A DNA stretch of 64,000 nt from Erythrobacter sp. (GTDB taxonomy: Bacteria; Pseudomonadota; Alphaproteobacteria; Sphingomonadales; Sphingomonadaceae), in assembly GCA_025698865.1 (NCBI GenBank), contig JAILWQ010000002.1, forward strand, positions 144,385 to 208,384. The letters run 5' to 3'. The notes beneath the pieces were generated by a model that saw only the letters and a list, made by a program, of their open reading frames with translations, was not told where the DNA came from and did no database searches. Both the position numbers and the translations under genes were made by a program. Below, in pieces: positions 26,874 to 35,143 of the stretch. The stretch's first letter is position 1; every line of letters begins with the position of its first letter.

Positions 26874-26903
26874 TCTCTGGGTGATCTTCCGGTGATCTTG
26901 CCG
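26871..26903 (+). repeat. Triple 11-bp tandem repeat (TGATCT core), candidate OmpR/PhoB-family operator
   Basis: TGATCTCTGGG / TGATCTTCCGG / TGATCTTGCCG at 26871, 26882 and 26893. Confidence 0.6.
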
Positions 26904-26937
26904 CCCGCCCGGCGGTTGGGGTAGCGCGGGTTCCGCC

Positions 26938-27684
26938 ATGACGAGCGATCCCGCGCCCACCTCCCTCCTCCTCGTCGACGACGAAAGGACCCTGCGCGAG
27001 CCCTTGGCCGAGTATCTCACCGGCCAGGGTTTCGCCGTGCGGGAGGCCGAGAGTGCCGCCGCCGCGCGCTCGACCTTGCGCGACCACACGCCCGACATCG
27101 TCCTGCTCGACATCATGATGCCGGGCGAGGACGGCCTGTCGCTCACCCGCCATCTGGTCGAGACGCAGGGCCTGCCGGTAATTCTGCTCACGGCTAAGGG
27201 CGAGGCGATGGACCGGATCGTCGGGCTGGAGATCGGCGCGGACGACTATGTCACCAAGCCGTTCGAGCCGCGCGAACTTGTCGCCCGCATCCGCACCGTG
27301 CTGCGCCGGGTGGACAAGGGCGCCGACGGCGGGCCCGTTCCGGCTGACGATTTCGTCTATGCCTTCGAAGGCTGGACGCTCGACCCGCTCAAGCGCCGGC
27401 TGACAGATCCCGAGGATGCGGTGGTCTCGATCTCCACCGCCGAATTCCGCCTGCTGCGCGCCCTTTGCGACCACCCGCGCCAGGTGCTCGACCGCGACCG
27501 CCTGCTCGACATGGTGCAGGGGCGCGAGGCGCATCTGTTCGACCGCGCGGTCGACAATCAGGTCAGCCGCCTGCGCCGTAAGATCGAGGCCGACAGCCGC
27601 AACCCGATGTTGATCCAGACCGTGCGCGGCGGCGGCTACCGGCTTGCGGCGGATGTCGCCCGCATCCGTCGCCCGGCGGACTGA
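26938..27684 (+). CDS. OmpR-family response regulator
   Basis: Receiver 'LLVDDE...LLDIMMPGEDG...LLTAK...GADDYVTKPF'; wHTH 'DRAVDNQVSRLRRKIE', 'TVRGGGY'. Confidence 0.95.
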   Translation: MTSDPAPTSLLLVDDERTLREPLAEYLTGQGFAVREAESAAAARSTLRDHTPDIVLLDIMMPGEDGLSLTRHLVETQGLPVILLTAKGEAMDRIVGLEIGADDYVTKPFEPRELVARIRTVLRRVDKGADGGPVPADDFVYAFEGWTLDPLKRRLTDPEDAVVSISTAEFRLLRALCDHPRQVLDRDRLLDMVQGREAHLFDRAVDNQVSRLRRKIEADSRNPMLIQTVRGGGYRLAADVARIRRPAD

Positions 27685-27692
27685 CGCGCGCC

Positions 27693-29156
27693 GTGCGCTC
27701 CTCCCTGCAGATCTGGCCCCGGAGCCTGCTCGGCCAGACCCTGCTGGCGACCGCGCTGGCGCTTCTGGCCGCGCAGGCGATCTCGACGTTCCTGCTATTC
27801 CGCGCCGCCGAGGAGCGGCACGAGACCGCGCTGGTCAACGCCGCCGCCTTTCGCCTGATCGGCGGTGCGCGACCGGATCGCAACGGTCGCGCCATCGCGC
27901 GCGAGCGGCGTGGCGAACGAGCAGACGGCCGGCGGATCGAGCGGCGGGAATGGCCCGGCGGCGGCATGGGGGGAAGCCATTTCCCGCGCCGCTTCGCCTA
28001 CCAGCTGTCTCCCGCCTCGCCCGTACTCGCAGAAGAAACCCGCGACCAAGCGCGCGAGGCCGCGCTGCGCGACCTGCTCGACCGGCAGGGCATCGCCGTC
28101 GCCGACCTGACCGTGACCGAGCGGCCGCTGATGTCCGACCCTCTGTTGCAGAAAGCGAGCGCGCGCCGGCCCCGCCTGCGCACCCGGCTCGCTGCGGAGA
28201 GCGGGCAGGCGCTGCTCGTCGCCGGGCTGCGCCGCGACGGTGCCGCGCAATGGGAGGTGGTCCGCGTGCCCATTCGCGAGCGGGAGAACCGGGCAATCCG
28301 GGCGATCCTTCTCCAGACCCTCGTCCTGTTCGTGGTGCTGATGGGCCTGCTGTGGCTGGTCCTGCGGCGGATCACCCGGCCGCTTGCCGATCTGCGCGCC
28401 CGCACCGCGCGTTTCAGCGCCAGCGGCACGCCGTCCGAGCCGCTGGCGGTGCGCGGGCCTTCCGACATCTCCTCCCTCATCGCCGCGCACAATGCGATGG
28501 AGGCGCGCATCGGCGCCATGCTGAACGAGAAGGACGTGATGCTCGGCGCGATCGGCCACGATCTCAAGACCCCGCTCGCCGCGCTGCGCGTGCGGATCGA
28601 GGCGGTCGAAGACGAAGCCCAGCGCGAGCGCATGGCGGCGACGATCGAGGAACTGGTCCGCACGCTCGACGAGATTCTCGAGCTTGCCCGCGTCGGCCGG
28701 GCGGACGCACCGCCCGAGCGCGCCGAACTCTCGACCCTCGCCGCCTCGGTGGTCGAGGAATTCGAGGATATGGGCCAGCCCGTCGCCATGGCCGAAGGGC
28801 CCCGCATCAGTGCGCCGGTCCACATCACCTGGCTGAAGCGGGGCTTGCGCAATCTGATCGCCAACGCCGTGCGCTATGGCGGCGAGGCCGAAGTTTCGGT
28901 GCAGCGCGAGGGCGATGAAATCGTGCTGAGAGTCGAAGATCGGGGGCCGGGCATCCCCGGGGACCGGATCGCCGCCATGCTCGAACCCTTCGTGCGCGGC
29001 GAGGCGAGCCGCAATCGCGAGACCGGCGGGGCGGGCCTCGGCCTGACGCTCGCCCGCGCGGTTGCCGAGCAGCATGGCGGCGCGCTGGTGCTGACGAACC
29101 GTGCGGGCATTGGAGGTGGGGGCGGGCTGCGCGCCGAGCTGCGCCTGCCCGCCTAG
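27693..29156 (+). CDS. HAMP sensor histidine kinase
   Basis: Two TM segments flanking a periplasmic domain, HAMP, H-box 'GHDLKTPL', N-box '[10 protein letters not shown]', G boxes 'DRGPGI', 'GAGLGL'. Confidence 0.95.
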   Translation: MRSSLQIWPRSLLGQTLLATALALLAAQAISTFLLFRAAEERHETALVNAAAFRLIGGARPDRNGRAIARERRGERADGRRIERREWPGGGMGGSHFPRRFAYQLSPASPVLAEETRDQAREAALRDLLDRQGIAVADLTVTERPLMSDPLLQKASARRPRLRTRLAAESGQALLVAGLRRDGAAQWEVVRVPIRERENRAIRAILLQTLVLFVVLMGLLWLVLRRITRPLADLRARTARFSASGTPSEPLAVRGPSDISSLIAAHNAMEARIGAMLNEKDVMLGAIGHDLKTPLAALRVRIEAVEDEAQRERMAATIEELVRTLDEILELARVGRADAPPERAELSTLAASVVEEFEDMGQPVAMAEGPRISAPVHITWLKRGLRNLIANAVRYGGEAEVSVQREGDEIVLRVEDRGPGIPGDRIAAMLEPFVRGEASRNRETGGAGLGLTLARAVAEQHGGALVLTNRAGIGGGGGLRAELRLPA

Positions 29157-30679
29157 CGCATCAACCCGCCGAGAATGTTGCGCACGAAGGCAGTCGCCCC
29201 GGTCCGCAGCGGATCGGCGCTCGATTTCCTACCCAGCACCGCGGCGACCGCGACCGAGGCAACCGATCCCGCCGCCGCCCGCGCCGCGCTCTTGCCCGCA
29301 TTGCCCCAGAGCGAGGTCGACTTGCGCTCGCGCTTCGCCACGTCCTCGCGCCCCTTGGCCGCCACTTCCTGCGCCGTCGCGGCCGCATCGGCAGCCTTGG
29401 CGGCGAGCACTTCGGCGGCGCTCTCGCGATCGACCCGCTCCTCGTACTTGCCCTCGTGCGGACTCACCGAATTGACGATGGCACGCTCCTTCGCCGTCAG
29501 CGGGCCGAGGCGGCTCGCGGGCGGGCGGACCAGCGTGCGCTGCACGATCGAGGGGGCACCGTCGAGTTGCAGCGTGGAGACCAATGCCTCGCCCACTTTC
29601 AGCTCGGTGATCGCCTGCGCTACGTCGAGCTCGGGATTGATGCGAAAGGTTTCGGCCGCGGCGCGGATCGCCCGCTGGTCGCGCGGCGTGAAGGCGCGCA
29701 GGGCGTGCTGGACCCGGTTGCCGAGCTGGCCCGCGATCCGTTCGGGAATGTCGATCGGGTTCTGCGTCACGAAATAGACCCCGACGCCCTTCGAACGGAT
29801 CAGGCGGACCACCCGCTCGATTGTGTCTTCCAGCGCGTCCGGCGCCTCGTCGAAAAGCAGATGCGCCTCGTCGAAGAAGAAGACCAGCTTCGGCTTTTCG
29901 GGATCGCCGACCTCCGGCAGCGTCTCGAAGAGTTCGGCGAGCAGCCACAACAGGAAGGTCGCGTAGAGCTTGGGACTGCGCATCAGCCGGTCGGCCGCGA
30001 GCACGTTGACGATCCCGCGTCCATGATCGTCGGTGGCGATGAAATCCGCGATCTCCAGCGCCGGCTCGCCGAAGAAGCGCGCGCCTCCCTGGCTGTCGAG
30101 CGCGAGGAGCTGGCGCTGGATCGCGCCGACGCTGGCCTTGGAGACGTTGCCGTATTTCGCCGTCAGCGTCTTGGCGTGCTCGGCGGTGTAGGCGAGCATC
30201 GCCTGCAGATCCTCGAGATCGAGGAGCAGCATTCCCTCCTCGTCGGCGAAGCGGAAGACGATGTTGAGCACGCCCTCCTGCGTCTCGTTGAGATCGAGCA
30301 GGCGGGCGAGCAGCAGCGGGCCCATCTCGCTCACCGTGGTGCGGATCGGGTGGCCCTGTTCGCCATAGAGGTCCCAGAACACCACCGGATTGTCGCGATA
30401 GGCGTAATCCGCGATGCCGAGCTCGCGGGCGCGGGCTTCCAGCTTGTCGGCGTTCTTGAACGTGGGCGAGCCGGGCATGGCGAGACCGGACAGGTCGCCC
30501 TTCACATCGGCCACGAAGACCGGGACACCGGCGGCCGAGAAGCTCTCCGCAAGCCCTTGCAGGGTCACGGTCTTTCCGGTGCCGGTGGCACCCGCGATCA
30601 GGCCGTGGCGGTTGGCCTGGGCAAGGGTCAAATACTGTTTTTCGCCATTGGCGGCGAGGCCGAGATAGATGTCGTCCAA
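29153..30679 (-). CDS. DUF853/YjgR HerA-like ATPase
   Basis: '[16 protein letters not shown]', 'ADVKGDLSG', '[10 protein letters not shown]', '[16 protein letters not shown]', '[14 protein letters not shown]'. Start uncertain (TTG 30679 or 30745). Confidence 0.92.
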   Translation of the reverse strand: MDDIYLGLAANGEKQYLTLAQANRHGLIAGATGTGKTVTLQGLAESFSAAGVPVFVADVKGDLSGLAMPGSPTFKNADKLEARARELGIADYAYRDNPVVFWDLYGEQGHPIRTTVSEMGPLLLARLLDLNETQEGVLNIVFRFADEEGMLLLDLEDLQAMLAYTAEHAKTLTAKYGNVSKASVGAIQRQLLALDSQGGARFFGEPALEIADFIATDDHGRGIVNVLAADRLMRSPKLYATFLLWLLAELFETLPEVGDPEKPKLVFFFDEAHLLFDEAPDALEDTIERVVRLIRSKGVGVYFVTQNPIDIPERIAGQLGNRVQHALRAFTPRDQRAIRAAAETFRINPELDVAQAITELKVGEALVSTLQLDGAPSIVQRTLVRPPASRLGPLTAKERAIVNSVSPHEGKYEERVDRESAAEVLAAKAADAAATAQEVAAKGREDVAKRERKSTSLWGNAGKSAARAAAGSVASVAVAAVLGRKSSADPLRTGATAFVRNILGGLMR

Positions 30680-30785
30680 GATCGGGCTCCGGCTGTGCGA
30701 AAGGTCGCGTGACGCGATGTGGCCCGAGGGCGGCCACCGGGTCAACGCTCGACATGGGCTTCGCGGGCGCTAAAGACTGCCGGCG

Positions 30786-32627
30786 ATGGAAACGCGTGCC
30801 CCTCTGGTCCTGCTCGACGATGCTCGGGAAGACGGTGCGCTGGACAACGGGGCGCCTGAAAAGAAAGCGGCCGACGCGCTCCTCTACGAGAACCCGCGCG
30901 AGATCTTCGTGGCGCGGCGCCCAGACGAGGTCGCCGGAGTGCTGGAAGCCGCCGATGCGGCGCGGCGCGCGAGCGGCGGGACACTGGCGGGCTACATCGC
31001 CTACGAGGCGGGGCTAGCGCTCGAGCCGCGGCTGGCGCCGCTTGCCGATGCGCGCACCGGCGCGGCGGGGCCGCTGGTCTGGATCGGCCTGTTCGACGAG
31101 GCGGCACGTATCGCCGCTGCCGACATGCCCGACTGGCTCGCCGCGCGGCAGCGCGGCACGGCATCGCTCGGCCCGCTCGATCCGCAGGTCTCGCCCGGTG
31201 CCTATGTCGCGATGTTCGACGAATTGCAGGAGGCGATCCGGGCGGGCGACATCTACCAGGCCAATCTGACCTTTCCGCTCGCGGGTGGCTTCACCGGTGA
31301 TCCCGTGGCACTCTACGCCGCGCTGCGCCCGGCGGCGAGAGCGGGCTATGGCGGGCTGGTGTTCGACGGGTCGCACTGGCTGCTCAGCCTCTCGCCCGAG
31401 CTGTTCGTCTCGTTGAAGGGCCGCGCGGCCAAGACCAAGCCGATGAAGGGCACCCGGCCGCGCAGCATGGATGCGGCCACCGATGCGGCTCTGAAGGACG
31501 ATCTCGCCCATTCCGCCAAGGACAAGGCGGAGAACCTGATGATCGTCGACCTGTTGCGCAACGATCTCGCCCGCGTCGCCGAGCCAGGCAGCGTGCGGGT
31601 GGACGCGCCTTTCGCGGTCGAGAGCTATCCCACGGTGCACCAGATGGTCAGCACCGTGCGGGCTGATCTTGCCGAAGGGCGCGGCGCGATCGACTTGGTG
31701 CGCGCGCTGTTCCCCTGCGGATCGGTCACCGGCGCGCCCAAGATCCGCGCGATGGAGCTGATCGACAGGGTCGAACGCGATGCGCGCGGCCCCTATTGCG
31801 GCGCGATCGGGCGGATCGGCGCGGATGGAGAAGCCGCCTTCAACGTCGCGATCCGCACCCTGCGTCTGACCGAGATCGAGAACGGGCGGGGCAAGGCAGT
31901 GCTGGGCGTGGGCGGCGCTATCGTCGCCGACAGCGATGCACAAAGCGAATGGCGCGAGGCGTTGCTGAAGGGCGGCTTCGCCCGCGCGGCGCCCGGTTTC
32001 GCGGCGAGCGGCTGCGACCTCATCGAGACCATGCGCTTCGATCCGGATGGCGGAATCGCCCGGCTGGAATTGCATCTGGCGCGCATCCGGGACAGCGCCA
32101 CCGCGCTCGGCTTCGCTCTCGACCGGCACGAGGCGCGCAACTGCCTCCACGCGCTGTGCTTCGATCTCGAACAGCCGATGGTGGTGCGCCTCCTTGCCTC
32201 GCGCGGCGGAGCGATCGCCGTGGAGGCGAAAAGCCTGCCCGATGCCTGGCCCGACCCGGCCGGAGCGATCGCGCTGCCGCTGCCCGTCGATCCGGGCGAT
32301 GGGCGCCTGCGCCACAAGACCACCGACCGCGGTTTCTACGAGGATGCGCGCGACGTCGCGACCCTCGAAGGCGCCGAGGAGGCGATCCTCGTGCGCCACG
32401 ACGGTCTGGTGACCGAGGGCGCAATTTCCAACATCTTCCTGCGCGATGCGGACGGCGTGCTGCTGACCCCGCCCGCCGCGCTCGGCCTGTTGCCCGGAGT
32501 CCTGCGGCAGTCCCTCCTCGAAAGCGGCGAAGCGCGCGAGGCGGAGCTGGTGCTGGACGATCTGGCGGACGGCTTCCTGCTCGGCAATTCGGTGCGCGGG
32601 CTGCATCCGGCAAGGCTTCTACGATGA
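30786..32627 (+). CDS. pabB: Aminodeoxychorismate synthase component I fused to a class IV aminotransferase-like (ADC lyase) domain
   Basis: 'GDIYQANL', 'LSPELF', 'KPMKGT', 'AENLMIVDLLRND', 'FPCGSVTGAPK', 'FNVAIRT'; C-terminal 'LELHLARI', 'HKTT', 'EGAISNIF', 'LLPGVLR'. Confidence 0.9.
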   Translation: METRAPLVLLDDAREDGALDNGAPEKKAADALLYENPREIFVARRPDEVAGVLEAADAARRASGGTLAGYIAYEAGLALEPRLAPLADARTGAAGPLVWIGLFDEAARIAAADMPDWLAARQRGTASLGPLDPQVSPGAYVAMFDELQEAIRAGDIYQANLTFPLAGGFTGDPVALYAALRPAARAGYGGLVFDGSHWLLSLSPELFVSLKGRAAKTKPMKGTRPRSMDAATDAALKDDLAHSAKDKAENLMIVDLLRNDLARVAEPGSVRVDAPFAVESYPTVHQMVSTVRADLAEGRGAIDLVRALFPCGSVTGAPKIRAMELIDRVERDARGPYCGAIGRIGADGEAAFNVAIRTLRLTEIENGRGKAVLGVGGAIVADSDAQSEWREALLKGGFARAAPGFAASGCDLIETMRFDPDGGIARLELHLARIRDSATALGFALDRHEARNCLHALCFDLEQPMVVRLLASRGGAIAVEAKSLPDAWPDPAGAIALPLPVDPGDGRLRHKTTDRGFYEDARDVATLEGAEEAILVRHDGLVTEGAISNIFLRDADGVLLTPPAALGLLPGVLRQSLLESGEAREAELVLDDLADGFLLGNSVRGLHPARLLR

Positions 32628-33298
32628 CGACACCCGCAATCCTGTTCGAAGACGGCGAGACGCTGGTGATCGACAAGCCCGCCGGCCTGCCGATCGAGCG
32701 CCCGCGCAAGGGCGGACGGAGTCTCGAGGATCATCTCGAGGCGCTCAAGCTCGGCTTCCAGCGGCCGCCCGTGCCGGTCCACCGGCTCGACACCGACACC
32801 AGCGGCTGCCTGCTGCTGGCCCGCAATCCCAAGGCGCTGAAGCGCTTCAACCGCGCCTTCGAGGATCGGCTGGTGGGCAAGACCTATCTCGGCGTTCTCG
32901 ATGGTCTACCGCAGGGCGAGGAGGGAACGATCGAGCTCTCCCTCGCCAAGATCAGCAGCGCGGAAAAGGGCTGGCGAATGATCGCCGCGAAGAAGGGCAA
33001 GCCCGCGATCACCCACTGGCGCCTGCTGGCGACGCAGGATGGCAAGGCGCTGATCGAGTTCCGCCCCGAGACCGGCCGGACCCACCAGATCCGTATCCAT
33101 GCGCTCGCGGGGCTCGGCGCGCCCTTGCTCGGCGATCCGGTCTACGGGCCGGTCCACGGCAAGGGCCGGGGCGCGGCGCGCACCATGCTGCACGCCGCCG
33201 CGCTGTCCATCCCGCGCGAGGGCAAGCCGCCGGTCGAGGCCACCGCCCCCTTCCCCGCCGACTACGCCGCGCTCGGCTTTGCCGATCCCGCCGGCTGA
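32624..33298 (+). CDS. RluA-family RNA pseudouridine synthase
   Basis: 'IDKPAGL', catalytic 'HRLDTDTSG', 'TGRTHQIR', 'LLGDPVYG', 'MLHA'. Confidence 0.93.
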   Translation: MTTPAILFEDGETLVIDKPAGLPIERPRKGGRSLEDHLEALKLGFQRPPVPVHRLDTDTSGCLLLARNPKALKRFNRAFEDRLVGKTYLGVLDGLPQGEEGTIELSLAKISSAEKGWRMIAAKKGKPAITHWRLLATQDGKALIEFRPETGRTHQIRIHALAGLGAPLLGDPVYGPVHGKGRGAARTMLHAAALSIPREGKPPVEATAPFPADYAALGFADPAG

Positions 33299-33702
33299 TG
33301 GGCAGGATCGCCGAGCGCGCGCTGGCGATCGCCGAGGAGAAGTTCGTCGCCGGCTCTGGGCCGGGCGGACAGAACGTCAACAAGGTGGCGACGACGGTGC
33401 AATTGCGCGTCGACGTGTTCCAGATCGGGCTCGATCCCGACAGCTACACCCGGTTGAAGGAGATCGCCGGCAGCAAGCTGACCAAGGGCGGCGAATTACT
33501 GATTGCGGCCAACGAGTACCGTACCCAGGAACAGAACCGCGAGGCGGCGCGCGCCCGGCTGCTGTCGATCCTAGAGGAGGCGCTGACCCCGCCGCGCAAA
33601 CGTCGCAAGAGCCGTCTCAACCGGGTGGGCAAGGTCAAGCGGCTGAAGGCCAAGAAGGTGCGGGGCACGGTCAAGGCCAATCGCGGCCCGGTGAAACTGT
33701 GA
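33298..33702 (+). CDS. arfB: Alternative ribosome rescue factor ArfB
   Basis: 'SGPGGQNVNKVAT' GGQ motif, 'RTQEQNR', basic tail 'PRKRRKSR...KRLKAKKVRG'. Confidence 0.94.
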   Translation: MGRIAERALAIAEEKFVAGSGPGGQNVNKVATTVQLRVDVFQIGLDPDSYTRLKEIAGSKLTKGGELLIAANEYRTQEQNREAARARLLSILEEALTPPRKRRKSRLNRVGKVKRLKAKKVRGTVKANRGPVKL

Positions 33703-33733
33703 AGACCGGGGCAAAGCCGCCTCGCTTGAAATA

Positions 33734-33762
33734 TTGACTTGTCCACCGGAATCGCCCATTGG
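33734..33762 (+). promoter_or_regulatory. Sigma70 promoter upstream of rpmG
   Basis: TTGACT at 33734-33739, 17-nt spacer, CATTGG. Confidence 0.5.
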
Positions 33763-33774
33763 GCGCGCCGGACC

Positions 33775-33804
33775 GGCGGTGCAGACGCACCGCCCTTATT
33801 TTTT
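33775..33804 (+). terminator. Terminator-like hairpin just upstream of rpmG
   Basis: GGCGGTGC-AGAC-GCACCGCC followed by CTTATTTTTT. Confidence 0.6.
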
Positions 33805-33821
33805 ATATCCAGGAAACCGTC

Positions 33822-33989
33822 ATGGCGAAGCCCGCAACCGTCAAGATCAAGCTCGTCTCGACCGCAGACACGGGCTTCTATTACGTGACCAAGAAGAACC
33901 CGCGCAACATCACCGAGAAGATGACCTTCCGGAAATACGATCCGGTTGCGCGCAAGCATGTCGAATTCAAGGAAGCCAAGATCAAGTAA
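33822..33989 (+). CDS. rpmG: 50S ribosomal protein L33 (Zn-free form)
   Basis: [28 protein letters not shown]...[18 protein letters not shown]; AGGA SD. Confidence 0.98.
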   Translation: MAKPATVKIKLVSTADTGFYYVTKKNPRNITEKMTFRKYDPVARKHVEFKEAKIK

Positions 33990-34042
33990 GCCGTTTTCCG
34001 GCTTCCTTCGACGCGGCTTTCCCGGCGCATTGCTGAACGGCG

Positions 34043-34068
34043 GGAACCACGCGAATTCAGCGATGGTT
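34043..34068 (+). promoter_or_regulatory. ECF (EcfG/sigmaT-type) promoter candidate for lolA
   Basis: GGAAC-N17-GGTT, against the consensus GGAAC-N16/17-CGTT. Confidence 0.5.
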
Positions 34069-34095
34069 CAATGCTCCGATCCCACTATCCGGAGC

Positions 34096-34758
34096 ATGAG
34101 AACATTGCGCATACCTCACGGTAAATCGATCGCTTCGGCCATGGCGCTTGCCGTGGCCGCGGCCGTTCCCGCAACCTATTTCGCCGCGCCCGCCCCGGCC
34201 TTCGCTGCCGAGGGCGATCTCGACCGCGCCGTCGCCGCCCTGCGCGGCATTTCGACGATGAAGGCGGCGTTCACCCAGACCGATCGCCAGGGCCGCACCA
34301 TCGGCGGCGAACTGACGCTGAAGCGTCCGGGCAAGATCCGCTTCGAATACGACAAGAGCGCCAACATGCTCGTCGTCTCGAACGGCAAGTCGCTCTATCT
34401 CGTCGACTACGAGGTCGATCAGGTCCAGCGCTGGCCGATCAGCAATTCGCCGCTCGGCGCGCTGCTCGATCCCAATCGCGACGTGAAGCAGTACGGCAAG
34501 CTCGTCCCCACCGGGAATGCGGGCGTCGTCAGTGTCGAGGTGCGCGATCCCAAGCGTCCCGAATTCGGCATGATCACCCTGATCTTCACGCGCAACGCGT
34601 CCGCACCCGGCGGATTGCAGCTGACCAACTGGGTCGCGCTCGATTCGCAGAACAACCGCACCACCGTGCGGCTGTCGAACCAGCGCTACGGCGTGTCGGT
34701 GGCGGACAGCGCATTCACCTTCCGCGACCCTCGTCGCTCGTCCCGCCGACCGGGCTGA
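34096..34758 (+). CDS. lolA: Outer-membrane lipoprotein carrier protein LolA family
   Basis: Signal peptide; 'AFTQTD', 'LKRPGKIRFEY', 'LVVSNGK', 'SPLGALL'. Confidence 0.9.
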   Translation: MRTLRIPHGKSIASAMALAVAAAVPATYFAAPAPAFAAEGDLDRAVAALRGISTMKAAFTQTDRQGRTIGGELTLKRPGKIRFEYDKSANMLVVSNGKSLYLVDYEVDQVQRWPISNSPLGALLDPNRDVKQYGKLVPTGNAGVVSVEVRDPKRPEFGMITLIFTRNASAPGGLQLTNWVALDSQNNRTTVRLSNQRYGVSVADSAFTFRDPRRSSRRPG

Positions 34759-34847
34759 ACGGAGCGCGGTCGAAATGAGACGAACCTGCGGTCAACCGCA
34801 GGGTTGCGTTCATAAAGGATCAATGCGGACCGGCCTAGAAATCAAAT

Positions 34848-34967
34848 CACAGGACGGATGAAGACGGGTTCCCCCCTGTTGCCTGTCATTCGCTAACCGC
34901 CCTGTACCAAGCGTGACGAACGCACAAAGGAACCCTCGTGCCAATGCCCCCGGCACGAGGGTTTTTT
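34848..34967 (+). ncRNA. Candidate trans-acting sRNA (~120 nt, three hairpins ending in an intrinsic terminator)
   Basis: Long imperfect stem 34849-34905 with apical loop UUCCCCCCUGUUG; small stem 34911-34923; perfect 12-bp terminator stem 34931-34963 plus U-tract. Confidence 0.6.
34931..34967 (+). terminator. Intrinsic terminator
   Basis: AACCCTCGTGCC-AATGCCCCC-GGCACGAGGGTT-TTTT. Confidence 0.9.
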
Positions 34968-35143
34968 GTTATCCGGCGTTCGGGTGTCGAACCGGTTTTC
35001 GCTTTATCTGTCCTCGGCGCTGTTTCGACGCTGGCGCGTCGAGCACCTGCGGGCGGGCGGTCGCCCTTGCCGGGCCTCCCCCGGCCCGGAGGTTCTCCAC
35101 CCGCTGCTCCAATTCTCCCGACGTCTCGGCCAGGTTGGAACTG

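Noticed and set aside
29153-30679. HerA-based anti-phage defence system
   Set aside because: Motifs are those of the housekeeping DUF853/YjgR family; no SIR2, nuclease or NurA partner is adjacent.
34858-34896. 12-codon micro-ORF MKTGSPLLPVIR inside the sRNA candidate
   Set aside because: The AGGA-to-ATG spacing is only 3 nt and both lie within the predicted helix; a dual-function RNA cannot be excluded without Ribo-seq.
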